A stretch of DNA of 64,000 nucleotides from Pecten maximus (Eukaryota), in contig NC_047016.1 of assembly GCF_902652985.1 (NCBI RefSeq), positions 3,844,001 through 3,908,000 of the forward strand, given 5' to 3'. A program made the position numbers and the translations under genes. The notes beneath the pieces are model-generated. The model saw only the letters and a list, made by a program, of their open reading frames with translations, did no database searches and was not told where the DNA came from. Positions 1 through 13,794 of the stretch are shown here, in pieces. The stretch's first letter is position 1, and each line of letters opens with the position of its first letter.

Positions 1-1270
1 GGCCACTTGGTTTCTTGGTTTAACCGCATGCCATTTGGTTTGACCAACGCACCTGCAACTTTCCAGAGACTCATGGAACAAGCTATGGGAGAATATAACC
101 TTACCATCTGTCTGGTTTACACTGATGAACTGATTATTTTCGCCGAGACTAACGACGAACATCTGGATCGACTCAAGAAAGTATTTCAGCGGTTGAGAGA
201 AAGTAACTTGAAGCTGTCCCCGAAGAAGTGCGATTTCCTTCGAGATTAGGTTACCTTTGTTGGACATGTGGTTTCAGCGAGAGGTATTGAGCTAGACCCC
301 TCCAAAATTTAGAAGGTACGAGATTGGCCGGAACCAACCAATGCTGAACAACTTCGACAGTTTCTCGGTTTTGTAGGGTATAACCGGAAGTTGGTTCAGA
401 ACTTCAGTAGGATTGCGAGGCTACTCAACGAATTGCTTCCACCTACTCGGACTAAGTCTAAGAGAGCTCCACAAGCCAGTCCAACCCCGTTTATGTGGCA
501 TGAGCATCATACCAACGCCTTCCAGAAGTTAAAGGACATCCTGTGTAGTCCTGTGGTGTTGGCATATCCGGATTATTCATTACCATTCGAGCTTCATGTT
601 GATGCTTCGTCTCATGGATTGGGAGCGGTACTGTATCAGCGGCAGGATAACTCCCTCCGACCCATCTCCTATGCCAGCAGAGGAATCAGCAAGTCAGAGC
701 GGAATTACCCCTCCAACAAACTGGAATTTTTAGGACTCAAGTGAGCAGTGTCGGAGAAATCCCACGTTTATCGTTATGGGAGGACTTTCACCGTTTATAC
801 TGACAATAATCCGTTGACTTACATACTCACTTAGGCAAAGTTGGATGCAACAGGTCATCGGTGGCTCTCAGCGTTGTCTGCCTACGACTTTTATATCAAG
901 TATCGGCCGGGTAAACACAACATAGACGCCGACACATTATCAAGACTTCACACACCAGCTATAACTGAGACAGTCGAGAACCAGGGACATACAGAGAGTG
1001 TTGCCTCACTCAGTATCCAAGCGATGTGACAGTCTCTTACCAAAGATGAGGATTCTTTGGTGGAAAGTGTATGCATGTCTGCTGATGCTGTCGATGTAAT
1101 GGAAGATGATGTACATGAGGTACAGACCATGACACCACAGATTTGGAGACGGTTGCAGTCTCAGGATCCTATCATTAACCAGTTCTTGCCATTTATTAGA
1201 CGAAACCAGAAGCCAACCAAGAGGGAGATACCTACCAATCCCCAGAATGCAACAATAACGAGAAGATAAT
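1..1270 (+). mobile_element. Decayed Ty3/Gypsy LTR-retrotransposon pol fragment (RT, RNase H, start of integrase linker), intronic and antisense to gene A
   Basis: RMPFGLTNAPATFQRLM, degenerate YxDD (VYTDE), LSPKKC, LAYPDYSLPFELHVDAS, YASR, ERNY..LEFLGLK, YRPGKHN.DADTLSR; several in-frame stops. Confidence 0.93.
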
Positions 1271-1573
1271 GTTTTATGTTGATTATATTGTCCATTACTA
1301 CAATGTACTGATCGTATTTGTATTTGCTCGTAAGGATCAATGTTTTGTTAGATTTAATTTATTCTCGAGTACAAGTCAATCTATTTTGTGGTAATTTGAA
1401 TTTCATAGTATTAGAAATTCATGTTTGTCTTTTATATTATAAAGAAGATATGTTCTGGCTTTATATTTTCACCAGTATTATTGTTTTCGAGATTCTTGTA
1501 AAAGTAAATGTTCGATTTCCTTTAGCAGTATATTATGACATCTGAATATCATTTGTAGATATGCATCATTGTC

Positions 1574-1974
1574 TGTAACCGGCCATCTACGGGTTATTTC
1601 CCCTTGGATTAAGCCCTCTTCCTTTTTGAAGAGGTAGGTTTTGTTATTTCCGTACATTTGTAAGCCTTGTGGTATTTTGCTAATAATGTGTATTTTATCT
1701 ATCTCTGTAATTGTAATTGAGTCGCAATCGATTCGATAGCATTTGTTTAGAAGTAACTGTTTATTTTGCTTAGTTGTGCATAGCGTAACGTTGTCAGTTC
1801 GTTTCCTTTGTAATGCATGATTGCGACTGGGTTATCTAGTATTTTGGTTAAGTAGAATTTATATAGTGAAGCGTGTTTGTACTAAATGCTTTAGCCATTT
1901 GCGTTTCACTGGACGAGTTAACTATTTGTCTAGGAGAAGAAGGTTTTAAGATTGTGATATTTACTATTGTTACA
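1574..1974. mobile_element. Possible LTR or solo LTR
   Basis: TGTAAC...GTTACA inverted termini; near-matching flanks ttgtc/ttgtt; adjacent to the Gypsy pol. Confidence 0.4.
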
Positions 1975-2049
1975 TTGTTATTATAGGGTTTTTATACCAT
2001 AGAATAAACGAATACTTCACAGAGCTGTCATGTTTGTAGTACATGTACG

Positions 2050-2156
2050 ATCCCGGAGCAGAACCACTGCTACAGACCCATACCTTTTCACATCCGATCA
2101 GGGTATCGAACCCCGGCCGTCTAAGTGTGTTACCACTGTGCCACCTGAACACCCTA
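2050..2156 (-). mobile_element. tRNA-derived SINE head fragment
   Basis: Minus strand has A-box-like GGTGGCACAGTGGTAA and B-box GGTTCGATACC. Confidence 0.55.
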
Positions 2157-2220
2157 ATTAGAAAATTGCAACCAACCTTATACTTCAGTCTCTTCATTGA
2201 ATAGTTCAACTGAAACTTAC

Positions 2221-2277
2221 CAGTGCAGTTGGGTGATGCGTAGTTGGCTTGCCCAATAGCACATACCCGTGCGTGAC
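2221..2277 (-). CDS. Gene A exon 3 (GHARVCAIGQANYASPNCT)
   Basis: ttacag/gtaagt sites; 57 nt; homologous to 59467-59523. Confidence 0.85.
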
Positions 2278-3421
2278 CTGTAACGAAAAGTTATGATAAA
2301 AAGTCCATTTGTTCATTGATCTTTTCGTCCTAATACAGATATAATATTTCCGTAAAATTCAAATGTAATTGTTTTGTTCGGAACTCATTTATTAATGAAG
2401 CATCAATCACTTACTGAACTTTGTTTATTGATGGTTGAAGCGTACGTCATTTCAGTTGTAACTAATATATATACATGAACAATCAGATGAAATATCAATA
2501 CTGATGAAAGTGATGATATTTGATACAATGTTATGAATCAAATGATGACATACGCACTTTGTACGTATAGCACTTACCAGCACAGTAAGCCATATTGCAC
2601 GAACTTGTTCTAGATAGGTGATACACGTTGAAACTGCCACAATTTTTCACCTGTACTTGTTGAGATATGTGACAACAGTCGGACCCTCCATACGTAGAGG
2701 GACTAACGGTTTTTCCGAAATTGTAGCACGCTTGAAGAGTGGCGGTAGTTCCCTGGACTGTTGGTAGCTGGCCGTTTAACCATATAGGAACCTGTGTGCC
2801 GCAGTGGAAGGTCGGCACACAGGAAGTTGGCATGTCACCATTTGTGAATCGGTACCATCCGGTCGATAACGCTCTGTCGCATAGGAGTTTGTCGGTAGCT
2901 TCCGGCTCGAACAGGGTACTTCGGTGTGTGTCCGATAAAATACCATACGAAGTACATTCGTCAGCCGCAACTACAGCAACTAGGGTTTTAACAGGAACGA
3001 CTAAGCATACTGGCATCAATTAGCATAAAAAAACACTATTTGCAAAATATTGCTCAACATGTTCTTCAATTTCAAAGCGCCTACTGTAAGTCCAATTACG
3101 GTAAATGCCAATGAAACTGCTAAAAAAGCCTAATGGTTGCCATTCTATTTATCTGTCACCCAGATTGCATTGATCTTGCCAATAAATACAATCTACCAAG
3201 CGTTTAATTGTTAAATAAATTGTCAATAAAAACAATAATGTATATGTTATGTCATAATTATTCGTTAATAACAAGTCTGTTTCTACAATACAAAACGCTT
3301 ACTCATACATAAAATGAACCAATAACCAATATTTAACCAGTCATAATCGTAATGATCATAATACCAAACTATCTATTAACTTACATGCTGCGATCCATAT
3401 TGCAACCGTGTTTAACACCAT
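2221..3421 (-). CDS. Gene A: VWDE-like paralogue, first three coding exons (continues beyond the left edge)
   Basis: Exons 3421-3385, 2970-2578 and 2277-2221 are GT-AG flanked and phase-compatible; exon sizes 393 and 57 equal those of gene B. Confidence 0.85.
2578..2970 (-). CDS. Gene A exon 2, D8C/UMOD-GP2-OIT3-like Cys-rich domain
   Basis: LLCDRALSTGWYRF..MPTSCVPTFHCGTQVPIWLNG..VKNCGSFNVYHL..CNMAYCA; tgtag acceptor, gtaagt donor. Confidence 0.93.
3385..3421 (-). CDS. Gene A exon 1, short hydrophobic leader MVLNTVAIWIAA
   Basis: ATG at 3421 with in-frame stop upstream; donor GTAAGT in phase 1, matching the next exon. Confidence 0.65.
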
Positions 3422-3435
3422 TCTGACGACCACCA

Positions 3436-3465
3436 GAGTGATGCTGTCCTGGCACTAGGTTTATA
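3436..3465 (-). promoter_or_regulatory. Candidate TATA box and Inr of gene A
   Basis: TATAAA at 3465-3460, TCACT about 26 nt downstream; an acceptor-like ctacag just upstream makes a further 5' UTR exon an alternative reading. Confidence 0.35.
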
Positions 3466-3889
3466 AACCTGTAGATAAGGATATATATACAGAACTAAGA
3501 CTTGTATAAACGACAATCTAAAAAGAGTTGACATCTGTTAAAATTACATAATGTTATCAGTACACTAGATGAACTTTACTTTTGGCATGGCATGTTTAAC
3601 GGCATCATGGATAAACAAGATTAGAACTGACTGGCATGGCAGTGCATATCTTTACAATCCACAATCATATTCACAGTTCAAAGCAATAACGTAATTGAAT
3701 TATATTCGATTGTCTAGAGAAAAAACCTCTGTTAATATCACACATATTCCACATAAAACTGTTATTGTGCATCCTAATGACAAACTATGGATGACCGGTT
3801 AGATAAATTGAGACAAAAAAAGATCACAAAGAAAAGTTAAAGCAAAATATATGGAACAAGATTTGGTTAAGTTTAGAAGTTTTTGGAAT

Positions 3890-6060
3890 GACACCATAAA
3901 TTTTGTTTGATTAGGCCAACTAAGGATGTTTAAATGAAAAAATTACATAATTCTCTTGTTGACAAATCCGTTAATCCGAAGAAATGCTGGTACATAGTTA
4001 TGTCCTTGGGCATAATTACTAATAACAACACTTAATACTATCCTCTGAATATATAACTTTTAAATTTATATTCAGATAAAGCTGAAACATTTAATAACTT
4101 CATTACAAACAATGCCTCTGAGGTTGTAGCCACTTACCTACCTCTGCCCTGCAGGTAGGGCGTAAGAATTGTACCTGCTGCCCCCATTGCATGATCGTAA
4201 GAGGCGACTAAATTTGGGATCTTATCTTTTCTCTTCTTTCTGAACTTTCATCTTCCTAATGTCTCCCTTGACAATGCCTCACTTTTGGCCTTAAGTTGAG
4301 CGTTCGCCCCTGTGAGGAAGGCTTTAGGTTCTGTCCCCTAGCCGAGACATACCAGAGTCTTTAAAAATAGGTAGTTGCTACTCCTGCTTAGCGCTCAGCA
4401 TATTTGGAGTGAGACGACTGGTTCGCCCGTTGTCAGTATAATGTGACCGGGTGGGGTGTGCTGCTGGGTGTCTTCGGCAGTATGCTTCAGTGAGGTAGCA
4501 CTATAAATCGGCAAAAAAGTTCCGGCCTATCACAAGGAGACTTAACACGGACATACCGCAGCCTCCCAAAACACACATACGCACTCACCACAACGCATGC
4601 ATGTCGCACGCACGGGAGGTCGTCCTTAAATGACCTTAGCTGTTAAATAGGACGTTAAACAAAATAAACCAAACCAAACCAAACTTACCTACCTAACTTA
4701 CCTCCCCTGACCCATTTTGAACTATCTTATATTATTATAACTGAGCAAGATATTGTTGATCATTTTCATATTCTTAATTAAAACAGACCAGCTGGACCTG
4801 ATGGTATCATTCCAATTATTGTTAAATATATTTCGCCTTCGTTAATATATCCACTCACTCTGTAGTTTAATAAAATATTATCTAGTAGATAAATCCAAGA
4901 TATTTGAAAAGATTTTTAAATATACTTAAAATTATATTTCAGTTCATAATATGTTCAGTGAACACCAGTGAGGTTTTCGATGAAGTGACTCAACAGTAAA
5001 TCAATTAGCTGCTATTTAAAATACTATAAGCAGTGCTTTAGACCAAGGTAAATATTAACCCTTTATTTTCCTTGACATAAGTAATGCTTTTGAGAGAATG
5101 TTACATTTAGGTCTCTTACACAAATTAAAAACTTATGGAATTAAAGGTAAATCTTATAAATCGAGCACTAGACTTATATCTGCAGGAGTCCCTCAAGGAT
5201 CTTGCCTTGGCCCCTTTCTGTTTCTTTTTTTTTCATTAATGACGTCACCAATATTGTAACATCATATATAAAACTCCTTGCTGATGGCAACTCTCTCAAC
5301 GTTATAGTACACAATACTAATGATCTTGAAACACCTACTTAAATGATTAATGATGTGTTGATAGATGGCAAATTCTCTTTACTCTATATAAAACAATAGC
5401 TAAGAACTTCACTCGGAGGCTGAATATTGATCATACTTCTATTTAACAATAATCGAATTGCAAAACATGAATATCACAGCTACTTAGACATAACATTTAC
5501 TAGTAATGGAATATAGGTGGATTATATTTCAAATCTTTATCAAAAATCTAACTCTATGTATACTTCGTGTTCTAAAAGCTTGAATTGATAGGAAAACAAT
5601 AACAAAAAACTTTATAAGCTTCATATAATCGACCAGTATTGGAATACTCCTATGCTATGTGGGACAACTGTACCAAACCTGAATCTGACCTTGAATCAGT
5701 CGAACTTGAAGCTATGTGGATACCAGCGTGTCTCCGAAGAGGTACTCCTCATCACATTTTATATACTGAAACACAACTAGAGTAATTAAGCTAAAGAAAA
5801 CAAAAATCTAAATTGATTAAAGTGTTTAAAAGTATTAATACTACACTCTTAAACATATCACTTAAATAACATACAATCATACAACCATTTGTAAATGTGA
5901 ACATTTTCTATACCTTCAGAAATAATAGTCTTCAATATACATCAATCACAAACTCCTAGCTATATGAAAAGTTTTTTCCTGCAAAAATGACTATGTATAA
6001 TTCACTTGATAGTACCATGAGTGACTCTACTTCAATGCCTTCGTTTAAGCATAATATAAG
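3890..6060 (+). mobile_element. Highly decayed CR1/L2-like LINE RT remnant, interrupted by a SINE
   Basis: SDKAETFNNF, FLDISNAFERM, AGVPQGSCLGPFL, RPVLEYSYAMWDNC remnants with many stops and frameshifts. Confidence 0.75.
4144..4682 (+). mobile_element. SINE-like retroposon with (AAACC)n tail and 12-bp TSD
   Basis: Direct repeat ACTTACCTACCT at 4132-4143 and 4683-4694; GC-richer body; tail aaataaaccaaaccaaacc. Confidence 0.8.
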
Positions 6061-6899
6061 TATCGATATGCCTGTATCGAAAATTCCTTTTCGAGGAAAC
6101 TTTCAACCGTTTAATTTTTTTTCGCCATTCACTGAAAAATCTTCATGGATATTTGTCAAGTTTCACGTATAGGTATGACCTATGACCCCATCTGTTAAAA
6201 CTCCATTTTGAGACAGACTGAAAAATAAAATGGCAAACAGATGTCCATTATGAATTCTATTAGTTAAAGTTTGTCATCTCTATTTCTCAGAGAGCTCTTC
6301 ATGGACATTTCTTGAATTCATCTAGATTCTAATTGTATTAGTTAAGCTTTGTTAATCCTTTTTATAAAGAGTTCCTGATGGATTAATATTTAGGTTGAGC
6401 TTTTCCCCAAAATGATTAAGAAGAAGAAGAGAAAAGCAGAGAGGTCAGTCTTACAGATATGCAATAAAGGTCATCCGATGGTTGGTACCACGATCCCTTT
6501 GGAATTTCTTGTTGTCATTTCAGAAATACAAGAATACAGGGTATATTTCTTAAACTGCAGCAGAAAACAAATGGGTTAGCAGTAGACCATCTTGAATTGA
6601 CACATGTTTGTATCACTATTACTTAGAAAGCTCTTGTTAGATCTTTCATTAAACAGCTAGAGCCTAACACTCACACTGAATTCAATATGACGAACAACAC
6701 AAAGTTAATGATGTTGTTTACTACGGAGTCAAAGAAAACAAAGCAAAAAGTACTGCTGACATTGTATGCCGGTCAAAGTGGCAAAAGTAATTAAGGTGTT
6801 TTTACGAGTACTGGTTTGTTCCTGAATGAAGGTATTTTGAAGATATTCAAAGCAAGAAAGGATATTGTAAGAAAAAAAAGGAAGGTGGTTGTATAATAC

Positions 6900-7700
6900 T
6901 GGTGTGGTATAAATTAAGAGGCAATTTCATTTACTGATGAAATGAAGAAGAAGAACTGGTCCAGCTATTTCCATAACCAGAGAAAAAAGTCCGGGGACAA
7001 TGAAATCTAGTATCTTTTATTTGATCCCAGCAAATCTTGAGATAACTAAAAAAAGGTGGACTCAAGTACAATACCTCTGTGAAGGGTGTTGGTTCCTTTT
7101 TGTCCGAAGGAATGATGTAACTACATGTTCAAAAAAACCATATTCACGTACATATTATGACCTGGCGTATTTTTTAATAAAATTGTCTTGCAGTTACAAA
7201 CTCAATCAAGTTAACACCTTTCTAGACCTTGTCAATACCGTATCCCAAAAAATGTCCAACTCTTTCGTCAAGTAGCAGTAAATGAGATAATGGTTGCGTC
7301 AAGACACATATTTTCTGAAATACAATAGTTTATAAAAGATAAACCGGGGTAAGTTTGGTTTGAAATTGAAAAAGTGGATATACCTTTCTTTAGCTTGCAA
7401 TGTGGCTTTCAAACTAATATCTCCTCTGTTGAATCAAGGCTATCAGTTATTTGTAGATACTTTACATACAACATTGAGTTTGATTAAAGACTAACTAGCC
7501 AAATCCACCTATCTCATTAGTGCGATACGCAAAAGAAACAACAGTACAGCAATATCATTGTGTTTTTAAATATATATAGATCAGTGGGGAAAAGTTACAA
7601 GTAGAGGAGGTTTCAGATGGCATAGATGGTTATGTAACTTAACAGTGGAAAGAAATCCAATGTTTCACAGCCTGTTACTGAACATTCTTATAATCATGGT
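6900..7700 (+). mobile_element. piggyBac (PGBD4-like) transposase remnant
   Basis: Broken motifs V(N)E.MV, FIKDKP..FGLKL, PLLNQGYQLFVD. Confidence 0.6.
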
Positions 7701-7817
7701 ATGTTAGATACAAATAAGAGTAATCAATATATCACACAGTATTCTTACACCTTTGCATATGTAAGATACATTTGTCACATGTGGAACACCCATGTAGGAT
7801 TAATAGAATAGTTCACC

Positions 7818-7925
7818 CCTTTTGGGGTGAGTAGGGGGATCTCAACCCGAGGGGGACCGAGATTCTTAAATTCTCAAACATGAGGTTCCCGAGGGTTGAG
7901 ATCCCCCTAACTCATACCAAAAAGG
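7818..7925. repeat. Hairpin/inverted repeat, probably the end of a non-autonomous DNA element
   Basis: AGGGGGATCTCAACCC (7833-7848) versus GGGTTGAGATCCCCCT (7893-7908), extending imperfectly outward. Confidence 0.7.
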
Positions 7926-8969
7926 ATGACTGATTATTTTTCTCTTGTCCTGTTTTCCAATCGTAGTGTGAACCAAATCCAAACGTATGTCAACAACAAC
8001 ACTTGGACGGCGGATGACTGTTGTGATAAGGCTTCAGCAGACGCTTTACACCTCCCGATGTTGATTTCATTCAAAATATAGTTCTGATAAGTGTCAGGAT
8101 ATTCCTACTATGTTTACTATTTTACTATGAGTTTACTATGGAGGTTACTCAACCGTGACAGTTCATTCATACCTGTAATGCATGTGCTGTTCCCAGGTGA
8201 GTAGTAAAACTGGTTTGGCTGGGTATGCTAACACTGACACTTCTCAGGTAAGTTGAGGAAAGTTGGAGATCATGTGAAGAGCATGCACATGAGGTTTACT
8301 TCACAAGCTACCCAAGGTAGAGTTGGACAGTACCAGGCAGGACTCTGACAAGAGAGGTTGGGTGTAAAGTATAGGGCTATATAGGAGGGCTGTGTGCCTG
8401 TCAAGATGACATTATATTAGCTGGGTGCTAATTATGGCTGTGTGCCTGTAAATATGTTATTTCCAAGCTGTGTGCTTCGAAGCTGTGACGTCTGTGGCTG
8501 TGTGCCCTTTGTACAGTATTTTGAAGGACTGTGTGTCCGAACGGCTGTGTGCCTATTTTCCCAAGGACTGTGTGTCCATAAAAGTTATGGCTGTATGCCT
8601 GTGGTAAAGCCTGTGTCCAGGGTTTTCCGGATGAAGTAACTTGGGGAGTTGATGTGAGTATTACAACTTTGTAGTGTTCAGTGACAGTGAAAGTTAGCGA
8701 GAATGTTAATGTTATATTGAGTATTTCTTTAGATATTGATAGTGTGTAAATATTATCTCTGGAAAGAGTGAGTTATGGATAGCAAATGTATGTGTATTGT
8801 AACGGTCATAATGGCCTGGACATCTTGATCAAAAGAATTGTATGAATTGAATATGATATATGTACATATGTTGTTAGAGACTAAAACTACTTGGTAATGA
8901 CATTAATGTGTAGAGAAGAGTTAGGTCCAGATTAGGTATTTATGTCATTGATTATACCTTGCAGGTAAC

Positions 8970-9050
8970 CTCTATATACGACCTTGAGGAGTCTATATAC
9001 GACCTTGAGGAGTCTATATATGACCTTGAGGAGTCTATGTATGACCTTGA
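8970..9050. repeat. 21-bp tandem repeat, about 4 copies
   Basis: gaccttgaggagtctatatac. Confidence 0.85.
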
Positions 9051-9385
9051 TGAACCTGTATATAACCTGAAGATACCTAGTCCTCAGAGGAACCTATGTA
9101 ATGACCCTGAGGAGCCTATTTTACCTTGTGAAACCTATACGACCTTGAGTCAACCTTGTCGGGACATCCCATCGGATACGTTGGGAAGACCAGTGATATC
9201 AGAAAATCTCACCAGGTAAAACTGCGGATATCCCTGTCCAGGGTAAGAATAGGTGCTCCGAAGGTCCGGAACTACTTTTTAATTGTGTGACGTCACTGGG
9301 AAAACTCTCATGTTTGTTTATATGTAAAATAACTTTCACCAATGCACTTTATCATTTTTTCTATGTGTCATTTTAACACATTATT

Positions 9386-9541
9386 AATGGTGATCATTAA
9401 CCTATGAATTCAGTATAATGGTGGTCATTAACCTATGAATTCAGTATAATGGTGGTCATTAACCTATGAATTCAGTATAATGGTGGTCATTAACCTATGA
9501 ATTCAGTATAATGGTGGTCATTAACTCATGAATTCAGTAAT
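9386..9541. repeat. 31-bp minisatellite, 5 copies
   Basis: aatggtggtcattaacctatgaattcagtat. Confidence 0.92.
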
Positions 9542-10169
9542 AATGTTACAGTTTATCGAGAATGTATTTCTACAGCAAGAGACTAGATAGTTTTCGTTGT
9601 GCAAGCAAGTATAGGCGGAGGAATATGACGTGATGTCAAACATCAGTCGACAGTCTTCGGAAAGGCGATCGCCTCTGACAAACATTACTTTATATTTGTT
9701 GTTATCTAGAGGCTTTGGCAGTCAGCTCATTTTTACTTACTTTTTTTCTCTCATCTTTCCAAATATGTAATTGGTTTTGTTGTCGTCACCGAGAAAAAAG
9801 TTTCTATATACATGTAGTTGGGCCATGTTGGATCGATTACCTCATGCATTTCACGAAAAAGGTGTGAGCAAAATAGTCCATCATTAGGTATGTAGGATAG
9901 GGATATTCCACCCGAGGGTGTAGAATTTTGGGTCCGAACCGAGGCTTGCCGAGGTTATGACTTTGGCTATTTAAGGACATATGACTATTATTATGAAATT
10001 ACTATTTTAGGATATATAAGAAGGCGAAGGAGCATGCTTTGTCGTTTTGTTAAGAATGCTGAGTAGATAATGAACCGGAGCCGCGCATGGCAGGTTGTCA
10101 TAGTCTTGGAGTACTCCAACGATGTCAGAGGTTTAAATGGCGAAAACTGATCATGGGCCTTGTCGGTTG

Positions 10170-11750
10170 GTATCAGAACAGCAAGAATTATATGTTTAAT
10201 ACGTTAGAATCTGTTTTACCAAGCATTATCTCCCCTAACCAAAAATGTAGTATCGAAAGGGCGGGATATAACCGATAATATTACATGTATACGTGATGTG
10301 ATAGATCTTGATGAACGTGATGATAAGGGGGTTATTTACTAAAAGTTGACCAGGAAAACGATTTTCATAGAGTCAGTCATGATTATCTTGAAAAAGTTAT
10401 CTTTGAAATTCGGTTTTAGAGATCGCTTTATTGAATAGATAAAAATATTTTATGAAGGAATCCATAACGTAGTGTCAAATTTAATGGATGTTTAACTAAA
10501 CACTTTCCAATTTTGAATTCATTATAAGGCGGGGATGCCCTATCTCCGCGATGCTGTATGTTTTAAATTAGCTGAGCCTTTATGAGCCTTTAGGACAAAC
10601 AACTTCAAAAGATAATGATGTTCAAAGCACCTTTAGCAGATAAAAGAGGCCAAGTTTTTCCAACATGATACAACGTTGACTTTATCGAGTAAAGCTTCTA
10701 TTACTCAAGTATTCAATGTTTTGGATAAATACGGTAAAGTATCCAGACAAAAGTTAAAATTAGAAAATTTGAGGGGATGTGTATTGGTTCAGGTGTATTA
10801 GGAGAGGACGATGCTCGTACTTTTCACGCAAAGATTTAGATAAATCAATGCTTGTTCTTGGAATATATCTAGGTCCTGATGCTTAAACATGCCAGTTCAA
10901 TGGGAAGGTAAAATTAATTCTATTCGTATGATTTGGGCTTCATGGTTTAGCAAATCAGGGCCGTGTTAATGTTATTTATTAGTTGCTGCTTTCTAAGTGT
11001 TGGCATGTCCTGCTTGTTGTCTCAATATCGGAGTAACACAAGGCGCAAATACAAAATATGTGCCTCAAGTTTCTCGGGAAAAATAGCGAACAGACTAAAA
11101 AAAATAAAGATGGCTTGCAATTTCCAGACATTGAGATGAAAATGAAATCTTTCATAATTCAGTTCACATTTAGGTTTCTTACAAATGATAACATTTTATG
11201 GAAAGACAATGGTAAGTACTGTCTGTCTTCAGTAGGAAACATGAAGCTAGGTTTGTCCTGTTGGAATGGTAATTTGAAATGTGCACAATTAAATATACTG
11301 TTCCGTCTTTTTAATGTGAAATACTACTGCGTTTTTCGAAGATATCTAAGAATTTACAACTTGAAGAATCAAGCAATGATTTATATAGTCAGCCTGTATT
11401 TTGTGGTCAAATCTTTCAGAGTGAAGACAAATTACTCAACATCGCTATAATTATTCAATATGGTCTTGTTTATGTAAACGCGTGTCACCAAGATCTACAT
11501 GTGACATTTACAATGTACTGTTAAGCGTGGCGTTTGTAACACGTGAAGCGCTTAAATTTTGGAGAAATAAGTTACTGGACGAACAGAATGATCGCGTGTA
11601 TGGTATTATTCACACTCAAAATTATCCAGTTGAAGTCGCTGAGGTACATTTTAAAGTTGCTCATAATGCTATTTTTACTCGTCAGGTCTTGTTGAAGTAT
11701 TGAAGGATATGTATCAGGTTTGTAGGGAATGTTTTTGAAATATGTATTTT
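10170..11750 (+). mobile_element. Decayed L1/Tx1-like LINE ORF2
   Basis: LESVLPSIISPNQKC, KVDQE..F.RVSHDYL, GCPISAMLYV, K..DGLQFPDI remnants. Confidence 0.65.
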
Positions 11751-12089
11751 AAGAGTATTAGAATGCTGCAAGTTTATATATCTTTTCATATTTTGAAAAC
11801 AACACTGTCAGAATCTTCGTTATATATAGAGCACTAGACATGAACATGTATGCTAATTTAAATTAAAACATTTTGGAATATCACTTTTATAACCTTAGAA
11901 TGTTACATGTTTATATAATCACGTATTTTGATAGAAATGACACTATTAAAACCTTACATTATGTTTATACATTTGTACAATCTCTTTGAGTTTCTCTTCA
12001 AAGTAATTGGTCGTTCTTGGTCGTTGTTGTAGTAGTTTCGAACGGTTCTGTCTCCCTCTATACACTGGTCAGCAACGTAGTCTGTGAAT

Positions 12090-12460
12090 TGCGTAACGCC
12101 AAAGGGTCAACATCCTCGATGTCCTCTAATGCACGGATTCTTACGTCGTAAATACAGCTTCGCGGCGAACCAGTCTCCTATTGTCGTCGTTGCATTGGGT
12201 AAAATGGAGAGGGTCCCTTGATGCTGGTCCACGGGAAGATGGCGAGGAGTGCGATGTGGATATATATTTCTATTTCAATGTCAATTAACACTGTGGATGG
12301 CATCATGGGTAGGTTGTTGTCTGCCATAAACGTCCTTAGTTATGTGAAGAATCTGGTGTAGAGGACCTGACTTTTCCCGGGTGGTAGAGCGTAAACAACT
12401 GAATATATGGACCCGACTGTCTCGATGTGGATAGTGTATATCTGATGGAATAGTGTGGGC
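12090..12460 (-). mobile_element. MULE (Mutator-like) transposase remnant
   Basis: Frame absent from the ORF track reads HQIYTIHIE..SVVYALPPGKSQVLYTRFF*..PSTVLIDIE..IFPWTSIKG. Confidence 0.7.
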
Positions 12461-13794
12461 CAGTATGATCATTATATGCTAAGTTATTTCCACAAAACCA
12501 ATTTATCATAAGGTTAATGTCTAAATAAGCATTAGTCATAGTTGGTAATAACAGAGTGAAAACGGCCGAAAGGTGGTCCTGATGATAATAGGTTTATATG
12601 TGTACAGACATGTAACTTCGGTATTCATCTCCAAGAACGCTCTTTGAAAAAGACGCGATAATTAAACTTGTCTCATTCCATTCTTGTTTAAGCAAAAACT
12701 CAAAATATCAATGTTAAAATTTTGAAAGTAAAACGTATTTTCTGATCATTAGCCAAATATACTTTAAAAAACATCATAGTTGCATCGCTACAGTAAAACT
12801 GTACGTATTTGATTTTATTTGATATCATAGAAAAATAAAATACAGAAATATCGTTCTTCATGTAAAAATCCATAGACGACTGACACAACCTACATTACCA
12901 AGAACGCATATGCTTGGTTGGACAATCGTCGTCCAATCAGAACCCAGAGTACTGGACAGATATAGAAGAAGACTGCATGAGACTCGCGTCGCTCGATAAA
13001 GGATGCGTTTAATATATAGATATCTATCTATATAAAAAAACTCGATGACGCTTACAAACTTGCATAAATAACCTAACTTACAGAATGCTAATCGGTATAC
13101 CTATTACATTTTAGCAACATCGAGTACTTATTCTGGTGTACATATGTCCTAAACATGTTGTCCATTTGTTTGCTATAAAGTTGTGTCTTTTATATTCGTA
13201 TAGCGTGATATTTTAGCTTAATTATACAAGTTGGTATCATAATAAACGCAGCTGCAAGAAGCTATCGAAATTAAACAACGACGGTAATCTCTGAACAGGG
13301 ACGAGGGGAACTACCACGACTATACCGCCAGCTCCTATTGTCACGTGACCACCTAAGGTTTAGTGACAGTAACTTATTGTTTGCGAATATCTTAAGCCTC
13401 ACACAACCTAACCATTTGCTATATTTCATTATTAAAAGAAATGGCTAATAAATTGAACATTTGAAGTTCAACACCATATATACCAGTTTCCGGTTTTAGC
13501 ACAATGATAGAGAGAGATAAGATTTATTTCACCAAAGCTCTTTTGAAATCCTCCATTGCTGGGAACATGCTACTTTATCTTCCAAGTGGTTCAAGTCAAC
13601 AACTGTACGCATAAGGAAGGATTTGCTCACAATTGCGATTTAATTATCGAAATACTGATTCTTTTTTATTGATGTTTTTAGGCGTTCAGTAGGAGTTATA
13701 TATGTTAACATTCCCTCCACCACTTTATACATGAAGGTGACTGATGTGCACCCCTGGTTGGAAGTGATGGTAGCTTCAGATCGTCCAGCATCCA

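Noticed and set aside
2050-2156. Possible tRNA gene
   Set aside because: A and B boxes present but no complete cloverleaf; treated as a SINE head
6170-6520. Probable interspersed repeat fragment; similar unassigned pieces at 8000-9330, 12650-12950 and 58800-59200
   Set aside because: No termini or coding motifs I could support without a repeat library
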